A DNA stretch of 64,000 bases from an uncultured delta proteobacterium (lineage in GTDB: Bacteria; Myxococcota; UBA727; VGSZ01), in contig CAVZJB010000005.1 of the NCBI GenBank assembly GCA_963775425.1, positions 448,001 through 512,000 on the forward strand, in the 5' to 3' direction. Both the position numbers and the translations under genes were made by a program. Under the pieces are notes generated by a model that made no database searches, was not told where the DNA came from, and worked only from the letters and a program-made list of their open reading frames with translations. Positions 46,763 through 56,737 of the stretch are shown here, in pieces. How positions within the stretch are numbered: the stretch's first letter is position 1; each line of letters begins with the position of its first letter.

Positions 46763-47467
46763 TCAGGACGCGGACGCAAGGAGCTTCCGGGCGCGCTTTT
46801 CGTCGAACTTCCGGTACTGCCCGGGGGACAGCGGGGCCTTCTCGGCGAGGACCCCCTGGATGAGGCTCCGGGCCTCGTCCTTCTTGCCCTCCTCGAGGAG
46901 GAGCTCGGCCAGGTCGAGGCGGGCCCGGGTGAAGCGCGGTTGCTCCTTCACCACCTCCCGCATGGCCTTCTCCGCGCGCTCGGTGCTGCCGCCGGCGAAG
47001 CCCGGGACCTTGGCGTCGATGAGGGCCAGCGACAGCCGGGCGTCGAAGCTCTTGGGGTTCGCCGCCAGCGCCTTTTGGAAGGCGGTCTTCACGTCGTCGA
47101 GGATGAACAGCGATTGGAGCACCCCGCGGGTCTGGCCCCACCGGCCGAGGGTGGCGCCCCGCCAGAACCAGCAGCGGGCACACCTGGGGTCCTTGGCGAC
47201 GGCGGCGTCGGCGGCGGCCTGGCCCTTCTTGTACAGGGCGAGCTTTTCGTCCTCGCCGGTTGTCACGTCGCCGATGCGCATCCAGGCCTCGGCCTCCCTG
47301 GCGAGGACCTCCGCCGGCTGGCCCGGCACCGCCTGGTACATCTTGAGCGCAGCCTCGTAGGTCGCGCGGTCGTTGCCGGCGTCGCGCAGCAGATGATCCG
47401 CGGCGCTGAGGTCGTCGGCGCAGGCGAGGACGAGGGCGATCTGGAGCCACGACATGGGTTTTGCCAT
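46763..47467 (-). CDS. Secreted TPR protein
   Basis: Helical repeats, WFWRGATLGRWG..RG...SL, KVPGFAGG. Confidence 0.78.
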   Translation of the reverse strand: MAKPMSWLQIALVLACADDLSAADHLLRDAGNDRATYEAALKMYQAVPGQPAEVLAREAEAWMRIGDVTTGEDEKLALYKKGQAAADAAVAKDPRCARCWFWRGATLGRWGQTRGVLQSLFILDDVKTAFQKALAANPKSFDARLSLALIDAKVPGFAGGSTERAEKAMREVVKEQPRFTRARLDLAELLLEEGKKDEARSLIQGVLAEKAPLSPGQYRKFDEKRARKLLASAS

Positions 47468-47479
47468 GCTAGCGCAACC

Positions 47480-47941
47480 GTGATCGTCACGAACGCCGCG
47501 CACCTCCCGGTCGCCCTCGTCCTGTTCAGCGGGGACGTCACGCTCGACGACGTCGCCGCCATGGCCCGCTTCTACGACCGCGTCCACGCACGCGGCTCGC
47601 GCTTCGCCACCCTCGTCGACGCCCGCCGCGCCAGGGCGCCGTCGCCGGCCGTCCGGCGCGCGATGGCCGACGTCTCCAACAAGTTCGGCGAGCGCAGCCG
47701 GAAGAACCTGGTGACGGTCTCGGTGGTGCTCGACTCCAAGCTCCTCGTGGGGGCGCTCACCGCCGTGCGCTGGTTCCTCAAGGACCCGGTGGACATGCAC
47801 TACTTCGACAGCGCCGCCGGCGGCCTCGCCGCCATCGCGGAGGCCCTCGCCGGCGAGGAGCTCACCATGACGCCGGCGTCGAGGGCGCTCCTCGGAAACC
47901 TCGACGGCGCCGTCGACGTCTTGACCTTCGCCGAGCCCTGA
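47480..47941 (+). CDS. Small STAS/SEC14-like protein
   Basis: FSGDVT...LVDAR...PSPAVRRAMA...VVLDS..LVGALTAVRW...F pattern. Confidence 0.68.
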   Translation: MIVTNAAHLPVALVLFSGDVTLDDVAAMARFYDRVHARGSRFATLVDARRARAPSPAVRRAMADVSNKFGERSRKNLVTVSVVLDSKLLVGALTAVRWFLKDPVDMHYFDSAAGGLAAIAEALAGEELTMTPASRALLGNLDGAVDVLTFAEP

Positions 47942-47953
47942 GCGGCGGTCGGC

Positions 47954-48886
47954 TCAGCGGCAGGCGTCCGGAGCGCCGCGCCGTCGCACGAGCTTTTTCG
48001 GGGCCGTCACGGCGTAGATGCGAACGATCTTGCCGGTCGCGTCGGTGTCGACCGAGATCATCATCAGCGGCGCGACGTGCGGGCGCGGCGCGTCCTGCTC
48101 GAGGGTGATCACGGCGGAGGCGGCGCCGTTCATGCGGCGCAGCTCCATCGCGCTCCGCCCGTACCGGGCGGTGAGGCGCGTGAGGTTCCGATAGACGAGC
48201 GCGACCTTCTCCCGCCCGTGGAGCACGACGCGGGCCGCGGCGTACACGCCGCCGCCGTCGCCGTGGGCCTCGACGTCGTCGGCGAGGAGCTCTTCGACGG
48301 CGCCCGCGTCGCCGCCGGCGAGGGCGAAGAAGAGCCTGGCCAGGGCCTGGTCGTTTCGCGCGGTCTTGAGCTCGAGCGGCTCGCGGGCGGCGTCGTAGCC
48401 CGCGAGGGCGCGGCGGGCGCGCGAGAGGTTCTGCTTCACGGCGTCGGTCGAGATGCCGAGGGCCCGCGCCGTCTCCTCGCCGGAGTAGTCGAAGACGTCG
48501 CGCAGGATGAGGACCGCGCGGCGCAGCGGGGTGAGCGCCTCGACGGCGATGAGGAACGCGAAGGTGGCGCTCTCGCGCAGCGAGTAGCGCTGCTCGGGGC
48601 CGGGCGCGGCGTCCGGCACGTCGAGCGCGTCGTCGTCGACGGGCGAGGGCAGCCACGGTCCCACGTACGCGCGGCGGCGCCGGCGGCGCAGCTTGTCGCG
48701 CGCGACGTTCATGGCCACCTTGACCAGCCACGGGCGCAGCGGGCGGTCGCCGCGCGGCGGGTGGGCGAGGGCGCGGGCGAAGGTCTCCTGCACGACGTCG
48801 TCGGCGTCGGCGGCGACGCCGGTCATGCGGTACGCGACCGCCCACAGGACGCGCTCGTGCGACGTGAGCGCGCTTGCCGTGCTCAC
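47954..48886 (-). CDS. ECF41/SigJ-type sigma factor with SnoaL-like C-terminus
   Basis: VAYRMTG..ADADDVVQE, YVGPWLPSP, RAVLILRDVFDY, LLADDV...GDGGG. Confidence 0.9.
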   Translation of the reverse strand: MSTASALTSHERVLWAVAYRMTGVAADADDVVQETFARALAHPPRGDRPLRPWLVKVAMNVARDKLRRRRRRAYVGPWLPSPVDDDALDVPDAAPGPEQRYSLRESATFAFLIAVEALTPLRRAVLILRDVFDYSGEETARALGISTDAVKQNLSRARRALAGYDAAREPLELKTARNDQALARLFFALAGGDAGAVEELLADDVEAHGDGGGVYAAARVVLHGREKVALVYRNLTRLTARYGRSAMELRRMNGAASAVITLEQDAPRPHVAPLMMISVDTDATGKIVRIYAVTAPKKLVRRRGAPDACR

Positions 48887-50064
48887 GCCGCGCTCCGGAC
48901 GGCTTGCGAGCACACGGCGTCGACGGCGCGGACGGCGGAGGCGGCGACGCCGTCGGCGAGCAGGGCGCCGCTGTCGACCCAGTCGCCGACGAGGAAGGTG
49001 GGCGCGCCCACGTGGCCGGCGACCTGCCCGGGAGCGCGGCCGCCGGCGGCGTGCGCGCGGGCGAGGTCCGACGCGACGACCATGCGCGACAGATAGCGCG
49101 CCTCGACGACGGCGTCGCGCCAACCGGGCTGCACGAGGTCCACGAGCGCCTCGAGGTCGGGGCGGGGCGCGTGGCCGTTGACCATGGCGTGGGCGATCAC
49201 GGGGCCGTCGACGACGCCGGCGCGCGTGTGGACGCTGAAGTACAGCGGGCGCTGCACGCCGAACGCGACCCGGCGCGCGGGGCAGGGGAGGCGCTCGAGG
49301 ACGAGGTCGAGGCAAGAGGCCGTCACCGGCGTCCCCGCCGGCAGCGCGGGGACGAGCGCGCGCGCGTCGTCGAGGGGGAGCGCGACGACGACGGCGTCCG
49401 CGTCGACGTCGCCGAGGGAGCGCACCTGCTGCGCGCGCGCCGGTCCCGCCAGCGCAGCCAGCGGGTCCACCAGCGACCGCCAGCCGCCGTCGACGTAGAG
49501 CACCCCGCGCGTGAGCGCGCGGCGGGTCTGCGCGAGGGCGAGCCGCGCGTCCTGGGCGGGGTCGCCCGCGTAGGTCGCCACGCGCGTGAGCATGGCCAGG
49601 AGGTCCCGGGCGGGGCCGGCGTCGACGTGCCGCGCGAGCCAGGCCCCCAGGGGCTCGCCGTCGTCGACGTCGAACGCGCCGACGGCGAGCCGCGCGAAGG
49701 CGAGGGCGAAGGCGCGCTTGTCGCTCGCGCGCAGCAGATCGCTGCCGACGAGGTCGGCCACGGTGGCCGGCAGGGGCCGCAGCGCGTGGTCGCCGTCGAC
49801 GTCGACGACGGCGAGGGCGCCCCGGGTGGGAGGCGAGAAGCCCGCGGGGCGAACGCCGAGCGAGCGGAGCGCGCGCGCGAGGGGCCCGCCGCGGTAGAGC
49901 GCGCGGGGCCCGAGGTTCACCGACACGCCGCCGAGCGTGGCGGAGCGCGCGCGTCCTCCAGGGCTCGCGGCCTTGTCGAAGCGAACGACCTCGACGCCGC
50001 GGCCGCGCAGGAGCGCGGCTGCGAGGAGACCTCCGAGACCGGAACCGATGACGGCCACACGCAC
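48883..50064 (-). CDS. FAD-dependent oxidoreductase (phytoene desaturase/amine oxidase-like)
   Basis: VAVIGSGLGGL, GGRARS, NLGPRALY, YVDGGW, LVGDW...GALLAD...AS; AGGAGG RBS. Confidence 0.85.
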   Translation of the reverse strand: MRVAVIGSGLGGLLAAALLRGRGVEVVRFDKAASPGGRARSATLGGVSVNLGPRALYRGGPLARALRSLGVRPAGFSPPTRGALAVVDVDGDHALRPLPATVADLVGSDLLRASDKRAFALAFARLAVGAFDVDDGEPLGAWLARHVDAGPARDLLAMLTRVATYAGDPAQDARLALAQTRRALTRGVLYVDGGWRSLVDPLAALAGPARAQQVRSLGDVDADAVVVALPLDDARALVPALPAGTPVTASCLDLVLERLPCPARRVAFGVQRPLYFSVHTRAGVVDGPVIAHAMVNGHAPRPDLEALVDLVQPGWRDAVVEARYLSRMVVASDLARAHAAGGRAPGQVAGHVGAPTFLVGDWVDSGALLADGVAASAVRAVDAVCSQAVRSAA

Positions 50065-50113
50065 GACGCACCTCCTGGCGAGCGCCCCTGCGGCGCTCCA
50101 TGCATGTCGTGAC

Positions 50114-50140
50114 CACGTCTTGGAGGCGCGAAAGGTGACA
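50114..50140 (-). promoter_or_regulatory. Putative ECF41-type promoter
   Basis: TGTCACC-N16-CGTG versus ECF41 consensus TGTCACA-N16-CGTC, upstream of the oxidoreductase-sigma pair. Confidence 0.6.
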
Positions 50141-50156
50141 GCCCCGGCGGGGTCGC

Positions 50157-51434
50157 TCAGGGCAGCGGGACGAGGCGGAGCCTGGAGCCCTTCGGCCGGT
50201 GCGTCGGGATGGTCAGCGTGGTGCCCGGCTCCACCCGCTCGACGCGAAAGCGCGACAGCACGGTGGTGAGCAGCACGCGGAGCTGGAGCTGCGCGAAGGC
50301 CTTGCCGAGGCAGATGCGCGGACCGCCGCCGAAGCCGACGAGGTTCTGTGGCCGCGCGTCGGGTCTGCCCCAGCGCTCGGGGATGAAGCGCTCGGCTTCC
50401 TCGAACGCCGTCATGTGCGTGAGGTACGGCGACCAGAACACCAGCGTGCCCGGGGGGATCTTCTTGCCGCCCACGGAGACCTCGTCGACGGTGCGCCGCG
50501 GGAAGAACAGCACCACGGGGCAGAGCCGCTCGACCTCCTTGAGGAACCAGCCGTGCTCGACGAGCGCCTCCTGGTCCTCCACGCGCAGCCGCCGCCCGTC
50601 CAGCACACGCCGGGCTTCGTCGCGGAGCCGCTCCTGCCACGCGGGGTGATCGGCGAGGTGATGAAGCACCCAGCCGCCGGTGGACGCGGTGGTGTCGTAG
50701 CCGGCCCAGAACAACAACAGGATGTGGGCCGCGATGGCCTCGGTGCTCAGCGCCGCGCCGTCGGCATCCTTGTGGTGCGCGAGCAGCCCGACCATCCCGC
50801 GCGGCTCCCGGGAGCGTGCCTCCTCGATGCGCGGCGCCAGCTTCTTCATCAGCGTCGCGCGCGCGCGCAGTCCGCGGTTGAACACGCCGAACGGCACGCG
50901 CCAGGTGGTGTTGGCCGTGGCGCCCGCGATGAGGTCCTCGAACAGCGAGCGCCACTCGTCGAGCTCGGTGAGCTCGAGGTCCACGAGCGCGTTGGCCGAC
51001 ACCTCGAACGTGGCGTCGCGCGCCAGCTCGTAGGCGTCGACGACGGCGCCGGCAGCGCGCTCGGCGGTGCGCTCCCACACCGCGAGCACGCGCTCGAGGG
51101 ACTGCGACAGCCCCAGCCGGCCCACCGCGGGCTGCAGGATGTCGCGCTCGTGGCGGTGCTCGGCGCCGTCCTTCAACAGCAGGGAGCCCGCGAAGATCTT
51201 GCCGATGGCGAGGTCGCCGTAGCCATGGTGGTAGCTGAAGCTGTCGCGGCCCGTGATCATGACCGTCTGGTTGGCCTCGGGCCCAACCGCGACGACGATC
51301 GGCACGATCCAGCGCGTCTTCCACACGTCGCCGTGCGCGCGTTGGCGCTCGCGCAGGAAGCGGGCGGGGTCCACGAGCATGCGCGGCAGCTCGAGGTAGG
51401 AGTCGCTGCCGGGGATGTCGACGAGCCCGCTCAT
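50157..51434 (-). CDS. Cytochrome P450
   Basis: AGYDTT I-helix, EVER (ExxR), FIPERW, FGGGPRICLG. Confidence 0.95.
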   Translation of the reverse strand: MSGLVDIPGSDSYLELPRMLVDPARFLRERQRAHGDVWKTRWIVPIVVAVGPEANQTVMITGRDSFSYHHGYGDLAIGKIFAGSLLLKDGAEHRHERDILQPAVGRLGLSQSLERVLAVWERTAERAAGAVVDAYELARDATFEVSANALVDLELTELDEWRSLFEDLIAGATANTTWRVPFGVFNRGLRARATLMKKLAPRIEEARSREPRGMVGLLAHHKDADGAALSTEAIAAHILLLFWAGYDTTASTGGWVLHHLADHPAWQERLRDEARRVLDGRRLRVEDQEALVEHGWFLKEVERLCPVVLFFPRRTVDEVSVGGKKIPPGTLVFWSPYLTHMTAFEEAERFIPERWGRPDARPQNLVGFGGGPRICLGKAFAQLQLRVLLTTVLSRFRVERVEPGTTLTIPTHRPKGSRLRLVPLP

Positions 51435-51916
51435 GGCGCCGGGGCCGTCTGCAGGACGTCGATCGCCGCGGCCAACGCCTCGCCGTCCACCGTCTTGTCC
51501 TCGGCGGCGAGGATGCCGGCGACGTAGGCGACCGCCTCGTCGCGGGTGCTCAGCACCTTCCAGGCGGTGCGCGTCCTGGTCAAAAGCTGCACGCTGGCGA
51601 TGACGCTTCGGGCGAGGGCGGCGAAGAAGCCGCTGCCGAGGACGAGGAAGCAGTTGGCGATGGTGAGCGCCTCCATCTCCTCGCCGAGCTGTTTGGCCCG
51701 GTGCCGAGCGTCTCGGCCCATCTCCCGTCCCACGCGGGGGTCGATGATGCTGAGGACGACGTGGCGCGCGCCGTCGAAGGCGGTGCGCTCCACCTCGCCC
51801 ACACGGTCGAGCACCGGCACCGTGGGCGCGGTGTAGAAGATGTTGACGATCACCGGGCCGCAGCGGGCGACACCGAGCTCACCGTCGAGCAGCAGGATCT
51901 CATAGCCCACGTTCAT
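51431..51916 (-). CDS. Small STAS/SEC14-like protein
   Basis: LVLGSGFFAALARSVI...TRDEAVAYV pattern; ATGA coupling to the P450. Confidence 0.65.
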   Translation of the reverse strand: MNVGYEILLLDGELGVARCGPVIVNIFYTAPTVPVLDRVGEVERTAFDGARHVVLSIIDPRVGREMGRDARHRAKQLGEEMEALTIANCFLVLGSGFFAALARSVIASVQLLTRTRTAWKVLSTRDEAVAYVAGILAAEDKTVDGEALAAAIDVLQTAPAP

Positions 51917-52030
51917 CCTTGGCGGCGCCAGGTCGGAGACGATGCCGCGGAGGCGTGAAAAGGTCGACGGAGTCGGTATCCATCATTTGTGATGGTCGCG
52001 AGCCGGCCGAGTCCCCGCCACGCTGCACGG

Positions 52031-52723
52031 ATGCGCAGCGAGGACGGCCAACTGCAGCACCGCGTGGCAGGGAGGCTCAGGGCCGCTCGCTTGCGCGCGG
52101 GCTTGACCCAGGAGGAGCTCGCCGATCGCCTGGGCATCGCCGTGAAGAACCTGCAGCGCATCGAGTCCGGGCGACAGAACCTCACGCTGCGCACGGTGGC
52201 GCGCATCTGCCGCGCCGCCGGCGTCGACGCCGAGCACGTGCTGGCGCCGCTGGTGGATCCCCGGGTGTTCCACCTGGGCAGCGCGATGTTGTCGAGCTCC
52301 GCGTCGTCGCCGCCGCGCGCGGTCCCCTTGTTCCGCCTCGCCGGGGCAGCCGCGTACGCGAAGAGCGGAGCGCGAACGGACGTCGTCGGCTGGGCCCTCG
52401 TCGGCCAGCCCGTCGACGAGCGGCACTTCATCGCGCACGTCGACGGCGACGCCATGGCGCCGGAGATCCCGCCGGGGAGCTGGAACCTCTTTCGCGCCGT
52501 GAAGCGCGCGGTGCGGGGGCGCGTGGTCCTGGTCGAGATCAGCGGCGGCACGGGGGGCGCGGAGCTGCTGGTGAGGCGCCTTCGCACGTCGGAGACGCGG
52601 CGCGGGCGCGTCCACGCCGTCTTCGACGCGGACAACGCGGCGTACCCGCCGCTCGCGGTCGACGGCGTCGCGGACGGCCACTGCCGCATCCTCGCCGAGC
52701 ACGTCGCCGTCATCACCGTGTGA
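52031..52723 (+). CDS. XRE-family HTH regulator with degenerate S24-like domain
   Basis: LRAARLRAGLTQEELA...RIESG; VPLF..AG; HVDGDAMAP; LVRRL. Confidence 0.8.
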   Translation: MRSEDGQLQHRVAGRLRAARLRAGLTQEELADRLGIAVKNLQRIESGRQNLTLRTVARICRAAGVDAEHVLAPLVDPRVFHLGSAMLSSSASSPPRAVPLFRLAGAAAYAKSGARTDVVGWALVGQPVDERHFIAHVDGDAMAPEIPPGSWNLFRAVKRAVRGRVVLVEISGGTGGAELLVRRLRTSETRRGRVHAVFDADNAAYPPLAVDGVADGHCRILAEHVAVITV

Positions 52724-53003
52724 GGAGTCGATCGAACGGAGGGCCCGCGGGCGCCTCGAAGCCGTACTCGATGTCGCTGGCGAGCACCCCGCTCGGATCC
52801 GAGAAGTGCTCGCACACGGCCTCGAGGAGCGCGCGCCCCGCCGAGCGCTCGAGCGCGCGGACGTCGGCGCGCCACACGCCCTCACCTCGAAGCGCCACGG
52901 CGCCGTCCGGGCTGACCACGCAAAGACCGACGGGGCGGTACCCCCCTTCGCCGGCGTCAAAGGCGCTCAACGTCACCCATCGGTACAGGCGCGTGCCGGA
53001 CAC
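52713..53003 (-). CDS. Small hypothetical protein
   Basis: 96-aa ORF filling the gap below clpX; no recognisable motif. Confidence 0.45.
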   Translation of the reverse strand: MSGTRLYRWVTLSAFDAGEGGYRPVGLCVVSPDGAVALRGEGVWRADVRALERSAGRALLEAVCEHFSDPSGVLASDIEYGFEAPAGPPFDRLLTR

Positions 53004-53044
53004 ACCCCATCACATATGATGGGGCAGCCGCGGTCAACCGACGC

Positions 53045-54313
53045 TCACGCGCTTTGCTTCTTCTCGAAGGTCAAGACCGGCGGCGCGCCCTTGGTGATGA
53101 CCTCTTCGGTGACCAGGCACTCCGTCACGCCCTCGAGGTACGGCACCTCGTACATGACGTCGAGCATGGCGTTTTCGAGGATGGCGCGCAGGCCGCGGGC
53201 CCCGGACTTGCGCTTGATGGCTTCGCGCGCCGCCGCCCGCAGGGCGCCCTCGGAGAACGTGAGCTTCACGCCCTCCATGGCGAACAGCTTCTGGTACTGC
53301 TTGATGAGCGCGTTCTTGGGCTGCTCGAGGATGGTGACGAGGTCGTCCTCGCTCATGTCGTTGAGCGTGGCGGTGACCGGCAGGCGCCCGACGAACTCGG
53401 GGATGAGCCCGAAGTGGATGAGGTCCTCGGTGTTGACCTCGCGCAAGGTCTCCCCGAGGCGCTGCGCCTTCTTGCTCTTCACGTCGGCGCCGAAGCCGAT
53501 GGACTTCTTGCCGATGCGGCGCTCGATGATGGTGTCGAGGCCGACGAAGGCGCCGCCGCAGATGAACAGCACGTTGCTCGTGTCCACCTGGACCGTGGCC
53601 TCCTGCTGGCCGTACTTCTTGGCGCCCCGCGGGGTGACGTTGGCCTTGGTGCCCTCGATGAGCTTCAACAGGCCTTGCTGCACGCCCTCGCCGCTGACGT
53701 CGCGGGTGACGGAGGGGCCCTCGCCCTTGCGCGCGATCTTGTCGACCTCGTCGAGGTAGACGATGCCCTTCTCGGCGCGCTCGATGTCGTTGTCGGCGGC
53801 GGCGAGGAGGTTCTGCACGATGCTCTCGACGTCCTCGCCCACGTAGCCGGCCTCGGTGAGCGTGGTGGCGTCGGCGACGGTGAACGGCACCTTGAGGAAG
53901 CGCGCCAGCGACTGGGCGAGCAAGGTCTTGCCCGTGCCCGTCGGCCCGATGAGCATCACGTTGGACTTCGACAGCTCCACGGGCGCGTCACGGCCCTCGC
54001 GGTGCCCTTCGGCGGCGCGGGTGTTGATGCGCTTGTAGTGGTTGTAGACGGCCACCGAGAGGATCTTCTTGGCGTACTCCTGGCCGACGACGTAGGCGTC
54101 GAGGAAGTCCTTGATCTCGTGCGGCGTGGGCAATTGCAGTTGCTCCGCCTGCTGCCGCTCGCTCTGTTCCTCGGCGATGATGTCGTTGCAGAGGTGGATG
54201 CACTCGTCGCAGATGTAGACCGTCGGTCCTGCGATGAGCTTCTTCACCTCCCTCTGGGACTTGCCGCAGAAAGAGCACTGGAGGTTTCCGCCCTGATCTC
54301 GTCGCGCTGCCAT
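53045..54313 (-). CDS. clpX: ATP-dependent Clp protease ATP-binding subunit ClpX
   Basis: CSFCGK...ICDEC zinc finger, [31 protein letters not shown] loop, GARGLR. Confidence 0.97.
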   Translation of the reverse strand: MAARRDQGGNLQCSFCGKSQREVKKLIAGPTVYICDECIHLCNDIIAEEQSERQQAEQLQLPTPHEIKDFLDAYVVGQEYAKKILSVAVYNHYKRINTRAAEGHREGRDAPVELSKSNVMLIGPTGTGKTLLAQSLARFLKVPFTVADATTLTEAGYVGEDVESIVQNLLAAADNDIERAEKGIVYLDEVDKIARKGEGPSVTRDVSGEGVQQGLLKLIEGTKANVTPRGAKKYGQQEATVQVDTSNVLFICGGAFVGLDTIIERRIGKKSIGFGADVKSKKAQRLGETLREVNTEDLIHFGLIPEFVGRLPVTATLNDMSEDDLVTILEQPKNALIKQYQKLFAMEGVKLTFSEGALRAAAREAIKRKSGARGLRAILENAMLDVMYEVPYLEGVTECLVTEEVITKGAPPVLTFEKKQSA

Positions 54314-54425
54314 ACCGCCTCGTTATCGCAACCTCCCGCATGGTAGCAGCCCCCCGGCTTCGGCGCCTGAAACCCGACGCACATGACTTGACGCTGCGCA
54401 CCACCCGTTCCTAGCGTCCCCGCGA

Positions 54426-55505
54426 ATGGGCGCCCCCGGGCACGACCTCCAAAGCCGCGTCGACGCGCTCCTCGACGTCGCGGGAGATCATCGCCGCGTC
54501 CTGGTCTGCACCCACGACAACCCGGATCCGGACAGCATCGCCGCCGGGTTCGCGCTGGGAGAGCTCCTGAAGGCACGGACGGGCGCGTCCTACACCCTCG
54601 CCCACGGCGGCGTCCTCGGGCGCGCCGAGAACCGCGCGATGGTGCGCCTGTTGAAGCTCCCGCTGGTGCCCTTCGGCCGGGTGGATCCGGCGGACTTCGA
54701 CACGGTCGCGCTCGTCGACACCCAGCCCGCGCACGGCAACCACCGGGTGACCCAGGAGATCGTCGCCGGCAAGCGCGTGATCTGCATCGATCACCACCCC
54801 GCCCGCACCGCCGCCGAGGGCATCGCCTCCGACTTCGCCGACGTCGGCGGCGACTACGGGGCCACCTCCACCATGCTCACCTGCTACCTGGACGCCGCCA
54901 AGGTGCCGTTCCAGCCCGACGTCGCCACGGCGCTCTTCTACGGGATCAAGAGCGACACGCGGGATCTCGGCCGCGAGGTGGGCGACGTCGACGTCTGGGC
55001 CTACCAGCACCTGATCGGACAGACCGACATGGCGCTGGTCTCGCAGATCGAGCACCCGCGCCTGCCGCGCGGCTACTTCGCCACCCTGTCCCAGGCGGTG
55101 CGCAAGGCGCGCTGCGTCGGGGAGGTGGTGATCTGCGATCTCGGCGAGGTCTACGTGCCCGATCTGGTCGCCGAGACCGCGGACTGGCTGCTGCTCGCGG
55201 AGGGGATCCGCTGGAGCATCGTGGTGGGCGAGCACCAGCACGACACCTACTGCTCCCTGCGGGTCTCGGATCGCCGCTTCTCCGCGGGCAAGCTCGTCCG
55301 CGAGGTGATCCGCGCGTGGCCCACCGGCAGCGCGGGCGGCCACGGCAGCATGGCGGGGGCCCGCGTCACCGTCGATCCCGCCATGGGCAAGGAGGAGCGC
55401 GCCAAGCTCCGCGGCAAGCTGCTGCGCCAGCTCATGAAGGCCACGGGCGCGAGCGGCGCCGCGCGCCCGTTCACGGCGGCGCAGGCCGACGCCGCCGGCT
55501 CCTGA
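54426..55505 (+). CDS. DHH-family phosphoesterase
   Basis: HDNPDPDS, LVDT, IDHH, GATST, YGIKSDT, AGGHGSMAG. Confidence 0.9.
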   Translation: MGAPGHDLQSRVDALLDVAGDHRRVLVCTHDNPDPDSIAAGFALGELLKARTGASYTLAHGGVLGRAENRAMVRLLKLPLVPFGRVDPADFDTVALVDTQPAHGNHRVTQEIVAGKRVICIDHHPARTAAEGIASDFADVGGDYGATSTMLTCYLDAAKVPFQPDVATALFYGIKSDTRDLGREVGDVDVWAYQHLIGQTDMALVSQIEHPRLPRGYFATLSQAVRKARCVGEVVICDLGEVYVPDLVAETADWLLLAEGIRWSIVVGEHQHDTYCSLRVSDRRFSAGKLVREVIRAWPTGSAGGHGSMAGARVTVDPAMGKEERAKLRGKLLRQLMKATGASGAARPFTAAQADAAGS

Positions 55506-55506
55506 G

Positions 55507-56637
55507 GTGGTGGCGCCCCTCTACCTCGACGCCAACGCCGGCGTGCCCCCGCTCGAGGAGGCGCGCCGCGCGCTGGCCGAGGCCGCGCGCGTCACCGGCA
55601 ACCCGTCGTCGACGCACGCCCACGGCCGCGCCGCCCGCGCCGTCCTCGACGAGGCCCGCGCCCACATCGCGCGCGCGCTGGGCGGAGATCCGCGCGAGAT
55701 CGTCCTCACCTCGGGCGCCTCGGAGGGGAACCGCTGGCTCGCCGACGCCGCGTCCCGCCGGGCCGCCGGGGGCGCGCGCGCGGTGGTGGTGGCGAGCCCG
55801 CTCGAGCACCCCTCGCTCGAAAAGCCGCTCGCCGCGGCGGCGGGGCAGGCGGCGCGCCTCACCGCGGGGCTCGACGGCGCAGGCGACGCGGAGCTCGTCG
55901 CGCGCGCCGACGTGCTGTTCTGCACGGCGGCGCACAACGAGACCGGCATCGTCCCCGATCTCGACCTGCTGCTCGCGCGCGCGAAGGACGACTGCATCGT
56001 CTGCGTCGACGCCGCGCAGGCCGTCGCCCGGATGGCGCCCCTGCCGGCGCGCGTCGACGCCGTCGTGGCCAGCGCGCACAAGCTCGGCGGGCTCGCCGGC
56101 GCGGGCGCGCTCCTGTTGCGCGGCAACGCGCGCCGGCTCGCGCCGCCGTGGACCGGGGGCGGGCAGGAGGGCGGCCTGCGCCCGGGCACCGAGGCCCTGG
56201 TGCTCCACGCCGCGTTCGGCGCCGCCTGCGCCGTCGTCGACGAGACCCGCGCGCGTCACCGGGCGCTCGCGCCCTTGCGCGATCGCATCGAGGCCGCCCT
56301 CGTCGACGCGTGGGGCGCGCGCGTGCTCGGCGCCGGCGGTCGCCGGCTGGACAACACGAGCGCGCTCGTCGTCAGCGGCGCCGACGGGGACGCGCTGCGC
56401 ATCGCCGTCGACGCCGCCGGCGTCTCCGTCGGCTTCGGCGCGGCCTGCAGCGCCCTGGTGCCCGAGCCCTCGCCGTCGCTCCTCGCGCTCGGGCTCAGCG
56501 CCGCGGACGCCAAGGCCACCGTGCGCATCTCATTGCCGCCGTCGACCACGGCGGCCGACGTCGACGAGGCCGTCGCGCGCCTCACGCCCGTCGCGGCGGT
56601 GATCGAGCGATCACGGGCGCGCAACGCCGGGCGCTAG
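55507..56637 (+). CDS. Cysteine desulfurase (IscS/NifS-like, class V PLP enzyme)
   Basis: LYLDANA, GNPSS.H, TSGASE.N, HNETG, DAAQA, SAHKLGG, RPGT, GAACS. Confidence 0.88.
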   Translation: MVAPLYLDANAGVPPLEEARRALAEAARVTGNPSSTHAHGRAARAVLDEARAHIARALGGDPREIVLTSGASEGNRWLADAASRRAAGGARAVVVASPLEHPSLEKPLAAAAGQAARLTAGLDGAGDAELVARADVLFCTAAHNETGIVPDLDLLLARAKDDCIVCVDAAQAVARMAPLPARVDAVVASAHKLGGLAGAGALLLRGNARRLAPPWTGGGQEGGLRPGTEALVLHAAFGAACAVVDETRARHRALAPLRDRIEAALVDAWGARVLGAGGRRLDNTSALVVSGADGDALRIAVDAAGVSVGFGAACSALVPEPSPSLLALGLSAADAKATVRISLPPSTTAADVDEAVARLTPVAAVIERSRARNAGR

Positions 56638-56737
56638 GGCAGCCTGCGAGCGCGGCGCGGCGCCGGGGGGCCGCCGACGCGCGGGCGGGCCGACGCAGGG
56701 CTTTCGCCGACGTGGCCCGGTGGGCTAAACGAGGCCC

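Noticed and set aside
52031-53003. Prophage immunity region
   Set aside because: No integrase or phage structural/replication genes nearby
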